Assembly (NCBI GenBank): GCA_966211705.1
Contig: CBIHOC010000024.1
Coordinates: forward strand, 9,319 to 73,318
Origin: an uncultured Chryseobacterium sp.
GTDB taxonomy: Bacteria > Bacteroidota > Bacteroidia > Palsa-965
Length of the DNA stretch: 64,000 bases
Direction: 5' to 3'
The notes below the pieces were generated by a model that ran no database searches, had not been told where the DNA came from, and saw only the letters and a list, made by a program, of their open reading frames with translations. Shown here piece after piece: positions 18,936 to 29,350 of this stretch. Position 1 is the stretch's first letter. Each line of letters begins with the position of its first letter. The position numbers and the translations under genes are program-made.

Positions 18936-21929
18936 ATGTTCCGCGGAAAGGCCCCTGATCCTTCTTTTCTACGCCTGTTGCGTGCTGCGCTGATATTCCT
19001 GGTGTTTGCGCCCCGGATTTCTTTTGCCCAGTCGCTCAACTTCCGCAACTATTCCGTCGACGACGGGCTGCCGTTCGTGCAGGTGTTCACCATTTTCCAG
19101 GACAGCAAAGGTTATCTCTGGTCGGGCGGTTACGGCGGACTGAGCCGCTTCGACGGGCGCACGTTCACCAACTTTTCTCCCAGCAACGGCGGACTTCCGA
19201 ACCACTGGGTCACATCGATCACCGAAGACAGCCGCGGCGATCTCTGGGTGGGAACGATCGAGGGCGCATCACGTTATTCAGAAGGCGTTTTCACGAACTA
19301 TTCCGAAAAAGACGGGTTGCCGAGCGAGTATGTGAATTGCCTCCTCCGCGACGAGCGCGACATGCTCTGGTTCGGAACTGCGAAAGGACTTTGCCGCTAC
19401 GACGGCCAGAAATTTTCCGGCATGGGCGACGACGGCCCGGGAAAAGCTTCCGTGCTTTGCTTTTTCCAGGAGCCGAACACCGGGCGCATCTGGATGGGCA
19501 CGTCGAGGGGCGTGTACAAATACGAGAACCATGCATTCACGCATTACCCGTTTTCTCCGTTCCTCGACAGCACGGTGACAGCGATCACGCGCGATGCGGA
19601 AGGACACATCATCGCCGGGACTGCCGACGGGCTTTTCCGTTTCGGGAACGGGCACTTCGAGCTGATGCTTACGCCGCCGGGCTTCGAAATGCCTGCCGTT
19701 GCCGATCTCGTGAGCGATCGCTTCGGGATGACATGGATCGCCGCCGATAACGGGTTGTTTTCTTTCGACGGGAAAAATTTCAGGCAGTACGACGTGTCGG
19801 GAGTTGTCGGCGCAAATTCCATCATCAGCCTGTACGTCGACTACGAAGGCAGCCTGTGGCTGGGCACGCATGCGGGGCTGTTCCGTTACCGCGGGGAAGG
19901 ATTTATCAGCTACACGGTGAAGGACGGGCTGGAAAGTAATTTCGTTTTCGGCATCACCGAAGACCGCGCGGGCACATTGTGGGTATGCACGGAAACGAAC
20001 GGCGTGTACCGCTACGATGGGAAAACGTTTTCTTCACTTGCAAAAAAAGAGGGGCTTGCTTCCGACGAATCGAACGCATGTATGTTGCTGCCGGACGGCG
20101 ACGTGCTGGTCGGAACAGACAACGGGCTGAGCCGGATTACGGAAAAAGGGAAGATCACGAATTTCCGCCGCGCCGACGGGTTGCATTCCGATTCGGTCAA
20201 CTGCATGCTGCGCGATCATCGCGGGCGTGTGTGGCTGGGCGGGGGAAAGGGACTGACCTTGTATGAAGAGGACGGAACGTTTACGCAGTTCATCATCCCG
20301 TCGGGCCCCGAAGAAAGTTTCGATGTCTGGTATTTGCACGAGGACCGCCGCGGCACGATCTGGGTGGGAACGTACAATGGCGGGCTCTATACGTTCGACG
20401 GGAAAACATTTACGGACGCCGATGCGCAGCTGGGCATGATGGCCGATTCGTATTTCTCGATCTGCGAAGACAGGCGCGGAAAACTTTACTTCGGCACGCT
20501 CGACGGCGTCTTTATTTACGACCCGCACAGCACAGGCGGCAAAGCCGTCGACCGGCTCAGCGAGTCGGACGGCATGAGCTCCGAGCTCGTGTATTGCATG
20601 ATCATCGACAACCCCGGGCGCTACCTGTGGATCGGCACCAACCAGGGCCTGGCCCGTTTCGACATCGAAACGTACAACAAGAGCGGGAGCAAGATCGTTT
20701 CCACGTACGGGAAGGAAGAAGGATTTACAGGCGTGGAAACGAATTCGAACGGCGCCTACATCGACCGCCGCGGCATGATCTGGTTCGGAACGGTGAACGG
20801 GCTCGTGCGTTATTCCGAAAAAGATTTCCGTCACAACCCTGCGTATGCGAAAACGAGCATCACCGGTGTCCGCCTGTTTTACAACAAAGACCATCTTCCG
20901 CCCGACGTGGAGCTCGAGTACGACATGAACAACGTGTCGTTCGAATACGTCGGCATCTGCCTCACCAACCCGGCCAAGGTGCGTTACCAATACATGCTCG
21001 CGGGTTTCGACACGGGCTGGTCGCCTCCGACTGCCGATCGCGTGGCGCGTTATTCCAACCTCCCGCCCGGCACGTACACGTTTAAGGTGATCAGCTGCAA
21101 CAACGAAGGCTTGTGGAACCCCGAGCCGGTCACGTATTCCTTTACGATCAACACGCCGGTATGGAAACGCCCGTGGTTCTGGCTTTTGCTGACGGGTGTT
21201 TCCGTGCTCATCCTCAGCCTTGCGATCGTTTACCGCATCCGCCAGATCAAGAAGAAAGAGCGCATCGAGACCGAAGCCCAGGTGGCGATGGCGCGGAACG
21301 AGCTGAAAGCGCTGCGCGCACAGATGAACCCGCACTTCGTATTCAACTCGCTCAATTCCATCCAGCATTTTATCCTCACCAACAAATCTGCCGACGCCGG
21401 GAAATACCTCAACAAGTTTGCCCGCCTCATGCGCGTGATCCTGAACAATTCCGAAAAATCCCTCATCACCATCCGCGAAGAGCTCGAATATTTACAACTG
21501 TACCTCGAGCTGGAGGAGATGCGCTTCGAAGGAAAGTTCAGCTGGTCGGTGGATGTCAGCAAGGACATCGACATGGATTATTTCGAGATCCCGGCGATGC
21601 TGCTGCAGCCTTACGTGGAGAATGCGATCCTGCACGGGCTGATGCCGAAGAGCGGGGGCGGGAAATTGCAGATCGTCATGCGCCTGCAGGGGAACACGAT
21701 CGTGTGCAGCATCATCGACGACGGCATCGGGCGGGAGAAGGCGTGGGAGATGCGCCAGCTTTCCAAGCGCAAGGACCACCAGTCGCTGGGGATGAAGATC
21801 ACGCACGACCGCCTCGAGCTGATCAATCGCCTGCACGGCTCGCAGCTGAGCCTTACAATTACCGATCTTTACGCTGAAGACGGTTCTGCCGCCGGCACCC
21901 GTGTTGATATATTCATACCCGTTTCCTAA
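18936..21929 (+). CDS. Sensor histidine kinase with a two-component-regulator beta-propeller (Y_Y_Y) periplasmic domain, one TM segment, and LytS/YehU-type His_kinase + HATPase_c
   Basis: Repeated DG(L/F)...GLxRFDG propeller blades. TM WFWLLLTGVSVLILSLAIVY. MNPHFVFNSLNSIQHFI matches the His_kinase PF06580 family. C-terminal ATPase. 997 aa. Confidence 0.85.
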   Translation: MFRGKAPDPSFLRLLRAALIFLVFAPRISFAQSLNFRNYSVDDGLPFVQVFTIFQDSKGYLWSGGYGGLSRFDGRTFTNFSPSNGGLPNHWVTSITEDSRGDLWVGTIEGASRYSEGVFTNYSEKDGLPSEYVNCLLRDERDMLWFGTAKGLCRYDGQKFSGMGDDGPGKASVLCFFQEPNTGRIWMGTSRGVYKYENHAFTHYPFSPFLDSTVTAITRDAEGHIIAGTADGLFRFGNGHFELMLTPPGFEMPAVADLVSDRFGMTWIAADNGLFSFDGKNFRQYDVSGVVGANSIISLYVDYEGSLWLGTHAGLFRYRGEGFISYTVKDGLESNFVFGITEDRAGTLWVCTETNGVYRYDGKTFSSLAKKEGLASDESNACMLLPDGDVLVGTDNGLSRITEKGKITNFRRADGLHSDSVNCMLRDHRGRVWLGGGKGLTLYEEDGTFTQFIIPSGPEESFDVWYLHEDRRGTIWVGTYNGGLYTFDGKTFTDADAQLGMMADSYFSICEDRRGKLYFGTLDGVFIYDPHSTGGKAVDRLSESDGMSSELVYCMIIDNPGRYLWIGTNQGLARFDIETYNKSGSKIVSTYGKEEGFTGVETNSNGAYIDRRGMIWFGTVNGLVRYSEKDFRHNPAYAKTSITGVRLFYNKDHLPPDVELEYDMNNVSFEYVGICLTNPAKVRYQYMLAGFDTGWSPPTADRVARYSNLPPGTYTFKVISCNNEGLWNPEPVTYSFTINTPVWKRPWFWLLLTGVSVLILSLAIVYRIRQIKKKERIETEAQVAMARNELKALRAQMNPHFVFNSLNSIQHFILTNKSADAGKYLNKFARLMRVILNNSEKSLITIREELEYLQLYLELEEMRFEGKFSWSVDVSKDIDMDYFEIPAMLLQPYVENAILHGLMPKSGGGKLQIVMRLQGNTIVCSIIDDGIGREKAWEMRQLSKRKDHQSLGMKITHDRLELINRLHGSQLSLTITDLYAEDGSAAGTRVDIFIPVS

Positions 21930-21963
21930 TTTGGCCCTCCCTGTAACCGATACCTGACCTCCC

Positions 21964-22713
21964 ATGATCAATGCTGTAATTGTTGAAGATGAAAAGAAAA
22001 GCCGCGAAGTGCTCGAGGCGCTGGTAAAAACCAACTGCCCCGAAGTGAACCTCGTCGGCAGCGCGGATTCCGTGGCCGGCGGCGTTGATCTCATCCGCAA
22101 AACCAATCCCCGCCTCGTGTTCCTCGACATCGAGATGGCCGACGGCAGCGGGTTCGACCTGCTCGAGCAGGTGCCCAACACCGGCTTCGAGGTGATCTTC
22201 ACCACCGCTTCCGACGCGCATGCCCTGCGCGCCATCAAGTACAGCGCGATCGATTATCTCCTCAAGCCGATCGACGCCGACGAGCTGAAAGCGGCGGTGG
22301 AAAAGATCAAAACCAGGCAGACGGTAAACGAGAACCTCGAAAATCTGAAATTCCTCCTGCAGAATTTCCGCCGCCCGAACGAGCAGTACACCAAGATCAC
22401 GCTGCCCACCGGGAATGCATACGAGATCGTGAATGTGAAAGACATCATCCGCTGCGAAGCCGACGGCAGCTACACGAGCTTCTTCCTCGAGAACAAAAAG
22501 AAGCTGCTCGTTTCCGCCAGCCTCAAGCATTACGAGGATCTTCTCCCGCCCGACGATTTTATCCGCGTGCACCATCACCACCTCATCAACATGAGCCACG
22601 TCGTACGTTTCCTGAAAACCGACGGAGGCTACGCCGTGATGAGCGACGGCACACAGATCGAAATTTCCCGCCGCAAAAAAGACGCATTCATCCAGCGGCT
22701 GAATAAGATCTGA
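21964..22713 (+). CDS. LytTR-family DNA-binding response regulator
   Basis: Receiver INAVIVEDEKKSREVL...VFLDIEMADGSGFDLL plus a C-terminal LytTR domain. 249 aa, adjacent to its kinase. Confidence 0.9.
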   Translation: MINAVIVEDEKKSREVLEALVKTNCPEVNLVGSADSVAGGVDLIRKTNPRLVFLDIEMADGSGFDLLEQVPNTGFEVIFTTASDAHALRAIKYSAIDYLLKPIDADELKAAVEKIKTRQTVNENLENLKFLLQNFRRPNEQYTKITLPTGNAYEIVNVKDIIRCEADGSYTSFFLENKKKLLVSASLKHYEDLLPPDDFIRVHHHHLINMSHVVRFLKTDGGYAVMSDGTQIEISRRKKDAFIQRLNKI

Positions 22714-22771
22714 AATTCAAAGATTCAAACGTCTCGTCATGCATGACGAGACTATTCAAAGATTCAAAGAT

Positions 22772-22803
22772 TCGGATTGGCTGAGGTCAATCCGATTTTT
22801 TTT
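22772..22803 (+). terminator. Rho-independent terminator (tcggattggctgaggtcaatccga followed by TTTTTTTT)
   Basis: GC-rich hairpin plus T-run 60 nt downstream of the LytTR stop. It lies inside a larger palindromic block (22717-22890) built from ttcaaagattcaaa words and the perfect palindrome gtctcgtcatgcatgacgagac. Confidence 0.6.
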
Positions 22804-23321
22804 GCCCTGTCGCGATACTATTTGAATTTTGAATCTTTGAATAACAAGGCTCGTCGGAGACGAGACGAGTGATTGAATTTTTGAATTCGTGACACTTCTC
22901 TGACAATACGCGCTTCAGGAAAACTCCGCTCATCCGGCGCTTTCGCCACTTATACCAATTTCGTTTCCGGTTACCGCATGCGCTCAGCCACCTGTTAAAA
23001 GTGACTATCCTTTCCGTGTTTACAAGCGTAATATTGAATGGAAATCAGCTACAGGAATAGAATACGCTGATCGACAGGAAATCCGCTCATTGAAAAGCTG
23101 CTTTAAAAAAGAAAAGAGAAAAAGGCCCTGAGCCTTTGGGGTGCAACCGGATAGCTGACGTATTCGGGGATGTTGCGTCTACCGTTCGGTTCACCCTGCT
23201 CTTTCTTTCAAAATAATTCTGTAACGAAATCCAGCTGCGACGTTATAGAACAAAGAAGGAAGTCCGCTCTTCGGCAAGCAACGCGGGCAGTGAAGTCAAA
23301 ACCCCTATAAAATTGAGTGCC

Positions 23322-23439
23322 ATGAAAAAGGTAACCCATCGGAAAGGCCACCAGTATCACATCGACGGCCTCGGCACCATCAGCATCATTTTCGGAATTG
23401 CATGCGTTGGTTTTATTATCTATAATGTTTGTCATGTGA
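23322..23439 (+). CDS. Candidate 39-aa small protein (MKKVTHRKGHQYHIDGLGTISIIFGIACVGFIIYNVCHV) with a hydrophobic C-terminal helix
   Basis: Below the ORF-track threshold. ATG..TGA is in frame and is followed 20 nt later by a hairpin + TTTT terminator. No homology assessable. Confidence 0.3.
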
Positions 23440-23460
23440 TTTTTTCCTGAGTGTGTGTGG

Positions 23461-23504
23461 AACCCCGGTCCTGTTTTTAACCCCAAGGGACCGGGGTTTT
23501 CTAA
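23461..23504 (+). terminator. Hairpin aaccccggtcc...ggaccgggg + tttt
   Basis: Perfect 9-bp GC stem followed by a T-run, downstream of the candidate small ORF. Confidence 0.5.
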
Positions 23505-23546
23505 AAAGTAACTCCAGGTTGCGCTGCAGCCGTCTCAATAAGAATG

Positions 23547-23573
23547 ACCCGTCCCGTAAGACGGGTTTTTTTC
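23547..23573 (+). terminator. Rho-independent terminator acccgtcccgtaagacgggt + ttttttt
   Basis: Classic stem-loop with a T7 run, 45 nt upstream of the next gene. Confidence 0.55.
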
Positions 23574-23619
23574 TTCGGAACAGCACAATGTATCCATCAT
23601 CCACTTGTTTACCTGACCT

Positions 23620-25299
23620 ATGAAAAGAACGCTACTCTCTATTACCGTGGTTGCTATTTGCGGAACACTGAACGCACAAACCTGGGTCACCGCCTCCCTC
23701 GACATCAACGGCGTAAGCGCCATGGCTGTTTCCAACGGTGATTTGTTCTGGGATTATACGAACACGCAGTTCGAAGTGCCGAAAGGCAATCAAACCTCCA
23801 CCATCTTCGCCGGCGCATTATGGGTCGGCGGACTCGACACGTCCGGCCAGCTGCACCTCGGCGCGCAAACGTACCGCCAGTCCGGCAACGACTTTTATCC
23901 CGGCCCTGTCATGAACCCTGCGAATTATTCCGCCGCCAACGATGCGCTGTGGAACAAGGTGTGGAAGGTGAACAAGTCTACGATCGACAGCTTCCGTCTT
24001 GGGCTTTTCACCTCCACACCTCCCGTGATCCTCGACTGGCCGGGCAACGGCGATGTGTCGCAGGGACAGGCTGCGCAGCTCGCGCCGTATGTCGACGTGG
24101 ATGCCGACGGCGTGTACGATCCATCTGCAGGCGATTATCCTTGCATCAAAGGCGACCAGGCGGTGTTCGTGATCTTCAACGATGACCGCAACACGCACAC
24201 GGAAACCGGCGGACAAAAGCTCGGCTTCGAATTTCATGCGATGTTGTATGCGTATAGCGCGCCCGGTTCCTGGCTCGACAGCGCCGTGTTCCTCAATTAC
24301 AAAATGTACAACCGCTCGGGCCGTGATTACTCCGACGCGTACATCGGCTCGTGGACGGATTTCGACATCGGCGCTTACGATGATGATTACATCGGCTGCG
24401 ATGTAACGCGGAACATTTATTATGGTTACAACGGAGATGTGAACGACGGTAGTTCGCCGTTCGCCACAATCGGGACGTACGGTGCAAATCCGCCGGCGCA
24501 GGGCGTCGTGTTCCTTCGCGGACCGGTTGCGGACCCCGGGGACGGTGTCGATAACAATCATGACGGACTTATCGACGAGGCAGGTGAAGTGTGGCTGATG
24601 AGCAAATTTGTTTCTTACAACAACGACTTCACCGTCACCGGGAATCCCGTCACCGCATGGGATTACCACAAGTACATGTCGGGTCGTTGGAAAGATAGCA
24701 TTCCTGTCACTTACGGCGGTACAGGTTATGGCGGATCTCCCCCATGCGATTACATGTTCCCCGGCACCAGCGACCCGCTCGCCTGGGGAACGAACGGCAT
24801 GCCGCAACCGCCGTGGGATGAGGCGAGCGCCGGCAATACGCCGTTCGATCGTCGTGGTTTTGCCGCTTCGGGTCCGTTTACCATCACGGCGGGACAAGTC
24901 ATGTGCGTGGATTATGCCTACGTCTACGCACGCGGAAACGCGGGGCCACTGTCGAGCGTAGCGGCGATACAAAACTTTTCAGACAGCGCGCGTGCGTTTT
25001 ACGGCACAACTTCACCCTGCACATGCGTAACTTATCCGCTGGGTGTCGATGATGACATGCAGGAATTCACCGTTCCTATTTATCCCAATCCTGCGGCCTC
25101 AGCCATCACGGTTACCTGGCAGCCGCAAACCGTCGGCGCAAAGTTGGGGCTTTATGACATGACGGGGCGAATGGTGCACAGCGAAACAATCGTGAAAAAA
25201 GAAACGACGGTGAGCCTGGAAAAATTTCCTGCAGGGATTTACCTGGTTCGTGTCACCGACGGACAACGTACAGGGGTTTCCAAAGTGTTAAAACAGTAG
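23620..25299 (+). CDS. Secreted protein with a T9SS type-A C-terminal sorting domain. The N-terminal domain is uncharacterised.
   Basis: Signal peptide. C-terminus IYPNPAASAITV...GLYDMTGRMVHSETIVKKETTVSLEKFPAGIYLVRVTDGQRTGVSKVLK is the TIGR04183-type Por secretion tail. 559 aa. Confidence 0.8.
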   Translation: MKRTLLSITVVAICGTLNAQTWVTASLDINGVSAMAVSNGDLFWDYTNTQFEVPKGNQTSTIFAGALWVGGLDTSGQLHLGAQTYRQSGNDFYPGPVMNPANYSAANDALWNKVWKVNKSTIDSFRLGLFTSTPPVILDWPGNGDVSQGQAAQLAPYVDVDADGVYDPSAGDYPCIKGDQAVFVIFNDDRNTHTETGGQKLGFEFHAMLYAYSAPGSWLDSAVFLNYKMYNRSGRDYSDAYIGSWTDFDIGAYDDDYIGCDVTRNIYYGYNGDVNDGSSPFATIGTYGANPPAQGVVFLRGPVADPGDGVDNNHDGLIDEAGEVWLMSKFVSYNNDFTVTGNPVTAWDYHKYMSGRWKDSIPVTYGGTGYGGSPPCDYMFPGTSDPLAWGTNGMPQPPWDEASAGNTPFDRRGFAASGPFTITAGQVMCVDYAYVYARGNAGPLSSVAAIQNFSDSARAFYGTTSPCTCVTYPLGVDDDMQEFTVPIYPNPAASAITVTWQPQTVGAKLGLYDMTGRMVHSETIVKKETTVSLEKFPAGIYLVRVTDGQRTGVSKVLKQ

Positions 25300-25321
25300 C
25301 TGCGAGCTGTGGCGCCCCGAA

Positions 25322-25353
25322 GCCTGTAAATTCACATTTACAGGCTTTTTTTT
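25322..25353 (+). terminator. Rho-independent terminator gcctgtaaattcacatttacaggc + tttttttt
   Basis: Perfect 9-bp stem with a T8 run 23 nt after the stop. Confidence 0.7.
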
Positions 25354-25483
25354 GCGCCCGCCGAAACCGTGGTTGATCAGGGGAGAAGGTTCATCCTCGT
25401 TTTACCCGTGTTGATCGAATTGTATGAACTTCCCCGGCCGGGTGGGCGTATACCTATTAAGTTTCCCCCCAAAGACCCGAAAT

Positions 25484-25735
25484 ATGACAATTGGCGTCCA
25501 GTCAGTAATGATTGAATTCAGGATAGTCGGTAAAGAGATTTTGCTGGACTACGAGCTTGTTACCGAAAAATGCTCCTGGAGTATTTTCGATATCGGGGGA
25601 GTGGAACTGAGCAAAGGATCGCTGGATGGCCCGCCGCCTCACCGGATCTCCGTGGCGCACCTTGCACCGAACGTTTACCAGCTTTGCGTGATCGACGGCG
25701 ACAAGCTGCTCAATTCACGTTTCCGCATCGGCTGA
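25484..25735 (+). CDS. Hypothetical small protein. Weak resemblance to a T9SS CTD tail.
   Basis: 84-aa ORF (track gives 25424..25735). The tail APNVYQLCVIDGDKLLNSRFRIG loosely resembles the GxYxxxVxDG...K end of T9SS sorting domains. Could be a gene remnant. Confidence 0.3.
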   Translation: MTIGVQSVMIEFRIVGKEILLDYELVTEKCSWSIFDIGGVELSKGSLDGPPPHRISVAHLAPNVYQLCVIDGDKLLNSRFRIG

Positions 25736-25771
25736 ACCTTTGACATTTTCTGTCAACAGCATTCCGGCACA

Positions 25772-26629
25772 TCAACCCATTTTCGTTTTGTAGCAGAAGC
25801 CTGCGAACGCGCGGAGTTTTTTCAGCGTTGTTTCCCGCGCTTCGATGAAGCCCATGTGCCCGGTGCGTTCCAGGGGCACGAAACGGCAGACCTTCGGTAA
25901 TTCCGCCTGCTCTTTCAGTGAATCGAACGGGATGACGTTGTCGCGCTTGCCGGCGATGATCTGCACGGGGTAATGCGCGAACTTCAGCACGATCTCGCGG
26001 TTGGTACGGATCTTCATGCCTTCGAGGCACGCCACGATGCCCTGCTTTTTCGTTTTGGCCGCCATGCGCCGCAGCCAGTTGATCTCTTTTTTGTAATAAC
26101 GCTGGTTGGCGAGCGCGAATAAATTGATCACGAGCTGGTTCGTGTATTTCGCGGGATCGCGCTTCACGATGCGGATCGCGCGCTCGCGGTCGAGTTTTTT
26201 CTCCGCGCTGTCGGGCAGGGCGGTGGAGTGGAAGAGGCAAAGCCCGCGCAGGTTGTCGGAATATTTTTCGGCGAATGCCAGCGCGACGTAACCGCCCATC
26301 GAGTGGCCCGCGATGATGTAGCGCCGGAGACCGAGCCCGTCCATCACGTCTTTCACCACGTCGGCCATGCGCTCCATCTTGTGCACGTAGCCCAGGCATT
26401 CCGACTTGCCGTGCCCCGGGAGATCGATGGCGATCACGCGGAATTTTTTTGCGAGGTCGTTGGCAAAACCATTCCCGAACCACACTTCCAGCGATTCGAG
26501 AAACCCATGCACGAGCACGATCGCGCGGCCCTTTCCCACATCCGCATAACGGATCTTCGCACCGCGGCAAACCATAAACTTCGTTTCCGGTACGATGGGT
26601 TTGAAGACGGGAACGGTCAGCGCCACCAT
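25772..26629 (-). CDS. Alpha/beta-fold hydrolase
   Basis: VLVHGFLES...IDLPGHGKSE...IAGHSMGGYVAL nucleophile elbow GHSMGG. 285 aa. Confidence 0.85.
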   Translation of the reverse strand: MVALTVPVFKPIVPETKFMVCRGAKIRYADVGKGRAIVLVHGFLESLEVWFGNGFANDLAKKFRVIAIDLPGHGKSECLGYVHKMERMADVVKDVMDGLGLRRYIIAGHSMGGYVALAFAEKYSDNLRGLCLFHSTALPDSAEKKLDRERAIRIVKRDPAKYTNQLVINLFALANQRYYKKEINWLRRMAAKTKKQGIVACLEGMKIRTNREIVLKFAHYPVQIIAGKRDNVIPFDSLKEQAELPKVCRFVPLERTGHMGFIEARETTLKKLRAFAGFCYKTKMG

Positions 26630-26915
26630 GCGGCTAAGTTAATTCATCTGCAGGGTTCACCTGAAACTTTTAGAGACTGTTTAAGATTCATCTTTCAAAA
26701 TGCTTATGCGTCTTTTTGCACCATACTTCGTTGTCCTTCTTGACCAGATTCTCTCCGATATGGCCTGCGAAGGACGCCTCGTCTGGCACAAAAATCCCCT
26801 TATAATCATTTCGAAATCTAAATCTTAAACAGTCTCTTAGTGGAGCGAGAATAATTTCCTGGCGATTAAACCTTTGGCGTGTTTCCCTGTCTTATGCAGG
26901 ATAACCGATGTCCCC

Positions 26916-29159
26916 ATGAAAAAAACCGTTACGCTCCTCGCAGCCATTTTGTCTTTTTCCCTCGCAGCCCAGAATAATTTACAATATGTCAGCTCCACGA
27001 AAGGCGGCGGCTGTTACGAGGTGTGTTATTACAACAACTACTTGTATGCCGGCGCGGGCAGCACGCTTACCGTGTATGATGTAACCGTTCCCGTGCCGTA
27101 TCCCAAAGTAGGCGAGTATCGTTTCCGCTCCTTCATCGACAAGATCCAGGTGGAGAACGGCTACCTGTATGTTTCGGCCAACCATTCCGGGCTTTTCAAG
27201 ATGGACATTTCCAGCCCGGCCAATCCTTTCGTGGAGGCTTTCTATACGCCGGCGCAGAACAGCGAAGCGGTGTACGACGTGGCTTTTTACGGCGGCGATA
27301 CGTTGTTCGTGGCGTATAAATCGAATGTGACCGTGCTGCGCGATATGGGAAATTATTTCCAGTTCGTCACCACGATCAATCCGCCGGTGAGCGGGGGAAA
27401 AATACGCGGGATCGATGTAAAGGACAGCCTGCTGGCGTTTACGCTCGGGTACGATAATGTACAGGCGAATGAAGGCGTGTATGTTTACGATGCCCGCACA
27501 TTTACGCAGAAAGATTTTTACAGCTACGGCTACTGCGACCCGGAAGGCGTGTTCTTCGGTCAGAATACAAATTTCATTCACGTGATGGGAGGGAGCAATT
27601 CCATAACCAGCGGCGGCGGTGATGTGCAGGGCTTGTATTACGTGCTGAACTGCGCCGACCCGTCCAACCTCCAGTTTGTTTACGGCGACACGCTTCCCGC
27701 TGTTCCCGGCTTCGAGATCGCTTCCGGGATGAACGCGGAGATCGTGAACGACACCGTTTACCTTGTCACGCAGGCATCGGGCGATATGGCCAATCCCAAT
27801 TGGCCGATTGCCGGCCACGTGTACGTGTACGACGCCACCGGCGCTGCGGTCATCCCGCTTACAGGCATCTACGCCGGGCTCTGGTTCTTCGACATCGCCA
27901 TCAACAACGATACGATGTTCGTCGCGTCCGAATGGTACGGCGTCAAAACGGTCGACATCAGCGATATTTACAACGAGGTGGACCTGGGCAACACGCTCAC
28001 CGGCGGCTGGAACCTCGGGGCCGACAAGCTGGGCAACCGCATGGTGCTCGCGAACGAAGGCAACGGCATCAAGCTGTACGACGTGAACAGCATCTACAAT
28101 CCCGTGCTGCTCGCCGAAGACAATCCCGTCGGCTTCTGCGCCAGCGCCGATTTCTCCGCCACCGGGTCGCACATCTACAGCCATTACCTCACCGACACGA
28201 GCTTCCGTGTGTACGACACCAGCCTTAACGTGGTCGGTTCGCTCACCACGTTCGCCGCTGTCAGCGCAACGCGCACGCAGGTCTGGCAGGACAAGCACGT
28301 TTGTTTCCGCACGCCCATTTTCGGGGCAGGACAAATTCAGCTCATCGATGTAAGCACGCCTTCCGCTCCGCAGCTCGACACCGCTTTTACGCAGGGACTC
28401 TTCAAAGACATGGTGGTGACGACCGGCGGAAAGCTGCTGGTGTCCATTCCCGGCAGCATCCGCGTATTCGACATGTCCACCAATCTCAGCCTGCTCAATA
28501 CCGTCAACGGGCAGGTTTTTAAGAACTTCGACCGCATGGCGTATTACAAAGACACGCTTTATGTCTACGTGGATGATGTCCTGGCCGCCAACGCCGACGT
28601 CATTAAACGTTACAAGTTCGACGATGCAACGAATTCGTTGACCTATATCGATGAATTTGCGCCCCCGCAGCCCGAGCCGCAGTTCATGTACATGGCAGTG
28701 GATTCATTCGGGCTGTATGTGGCCTACACCAAATACGGTTTTTATGCGCTCAACAAAAACACCGGGCAGCAGACGGGCTATTACGAGCACGGCAAGGAGC
28801 ACATCCATGATTTCCTCTGGGGCGTGCAGGACCTGTTCTGCAGGGATGGATATATTTTCCTGGTGGAATATTTCAGCCAGACGACGGTGCTCACCAACAA
28901 TGACGGGGTGATGAGCCTGCAGGAGCCTGCGCGCAACGATGCATTTTCTGTTTTTCCGAATCCCGGCAACGGCAACTTCACCGTTCACGGACTTGATGGC
29001 CCGGGCGTGGTAGAAGTATTCACCTCCACCGGCCAGTTGCTTTACCAGCTCAGGTATGAAGGCGAAGAAAATGTAAAGTTGGACATCTCTTTTCTGCCTC
29101 CCGGCATTTACCTTCTGAAAGCAGGAGCGGGAACTCAAAAGATCGTCATCGGGGAATAA
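26916..29159 (+). CDS. Secreted beta-propeller-type repeat protein with a T9SS type-A C-terminal sorting domain
   Basis: Start refined to MKKTVTLLAAILSFSLAAQ (signal peptide). C-terminus FSVFPNPGNGNFTV...GIYLLKAGAGTQKIVIGE is a T9SS CTD. Confidence 0.8.
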   Translation: MKKTVTLLAAILSFSLAAQNNLQYVSSTKGGGCYEVCYYNNYLYAGAGSTLTVYDVTVPVPYPKVGEYRFRSFIDKIQVENGYLYVSANHSGLFKMDISSPANPFVEAFYTPAQNSEAVYDVAFYGGDTLFVAYKSNVTVLRDMGNYFQFVTTINPPVSGGKIRGIDVKDSLLAFTLGYDNVQANEGVYVYDARTFTQKDFYSYGYCDPEGVFFGQNTNFIHVMGGSNSITSGGGDVQGLYYVLNCADPSNLQFVYGDTLPAVPGFEIASGMNAEIVNDTVYLVTQASGDMANPNWPIAGHVYVYDATGAAVIPLTGIYAGLWFFDIAINNDTMFVASEWYGVKTVDISDIYNEVDLGNTLTGGWNLGADKLGNRMVLANEGNGIKLYDVNSIYNPVLLAEDNPVGFCASADFSATGSHIYSHYLTDTSFRVYDTSLNVVGSLTTFAAVSATRTQVWQDKHVCFRTPIFGAGQIQLIDVSTPSAPQLDTAFTQGLFKDMVVTTGGKLLVSIPGSIRVFDMSTNLSLLNTVNGQVFKNFDRMAYYKDTLYVYVDDVLAANADVIKRYKFDDATNSLTYIDEFAPPQPEPQFMYMAVDSFGLYVAYTKYGFYALNKNTGQQTGYYEHGKEHIHDFLWGVQDLFCRDGYIFLVEYFSQTTVLTNNDGVMSLQEPARNDAFSVFPNPGNGNFTVHGLDGPGVVEVFTSTGQLLYQLRYEGEENVKLDISFLPPGIYLLKAGAGTQKIVIGE

Positions 29160-29350
29160 TTCCATTTGTCGCGCCGGTGACATTTCTCAATTTTTGCGAA
29201 ACGGGTTTTCACCGCAATGCCCGTCATTGTTAAAAGTGCCGCACAAAGTCAGCGGTAATACTGATCCTTGTCAAGAGCGCTCTTTCCGGCGAAGTGTTAA
29301 TTTGCAGCTCCGGAGCGCAATCACTTTTGCGATTCCGCGCGATTTTATTT

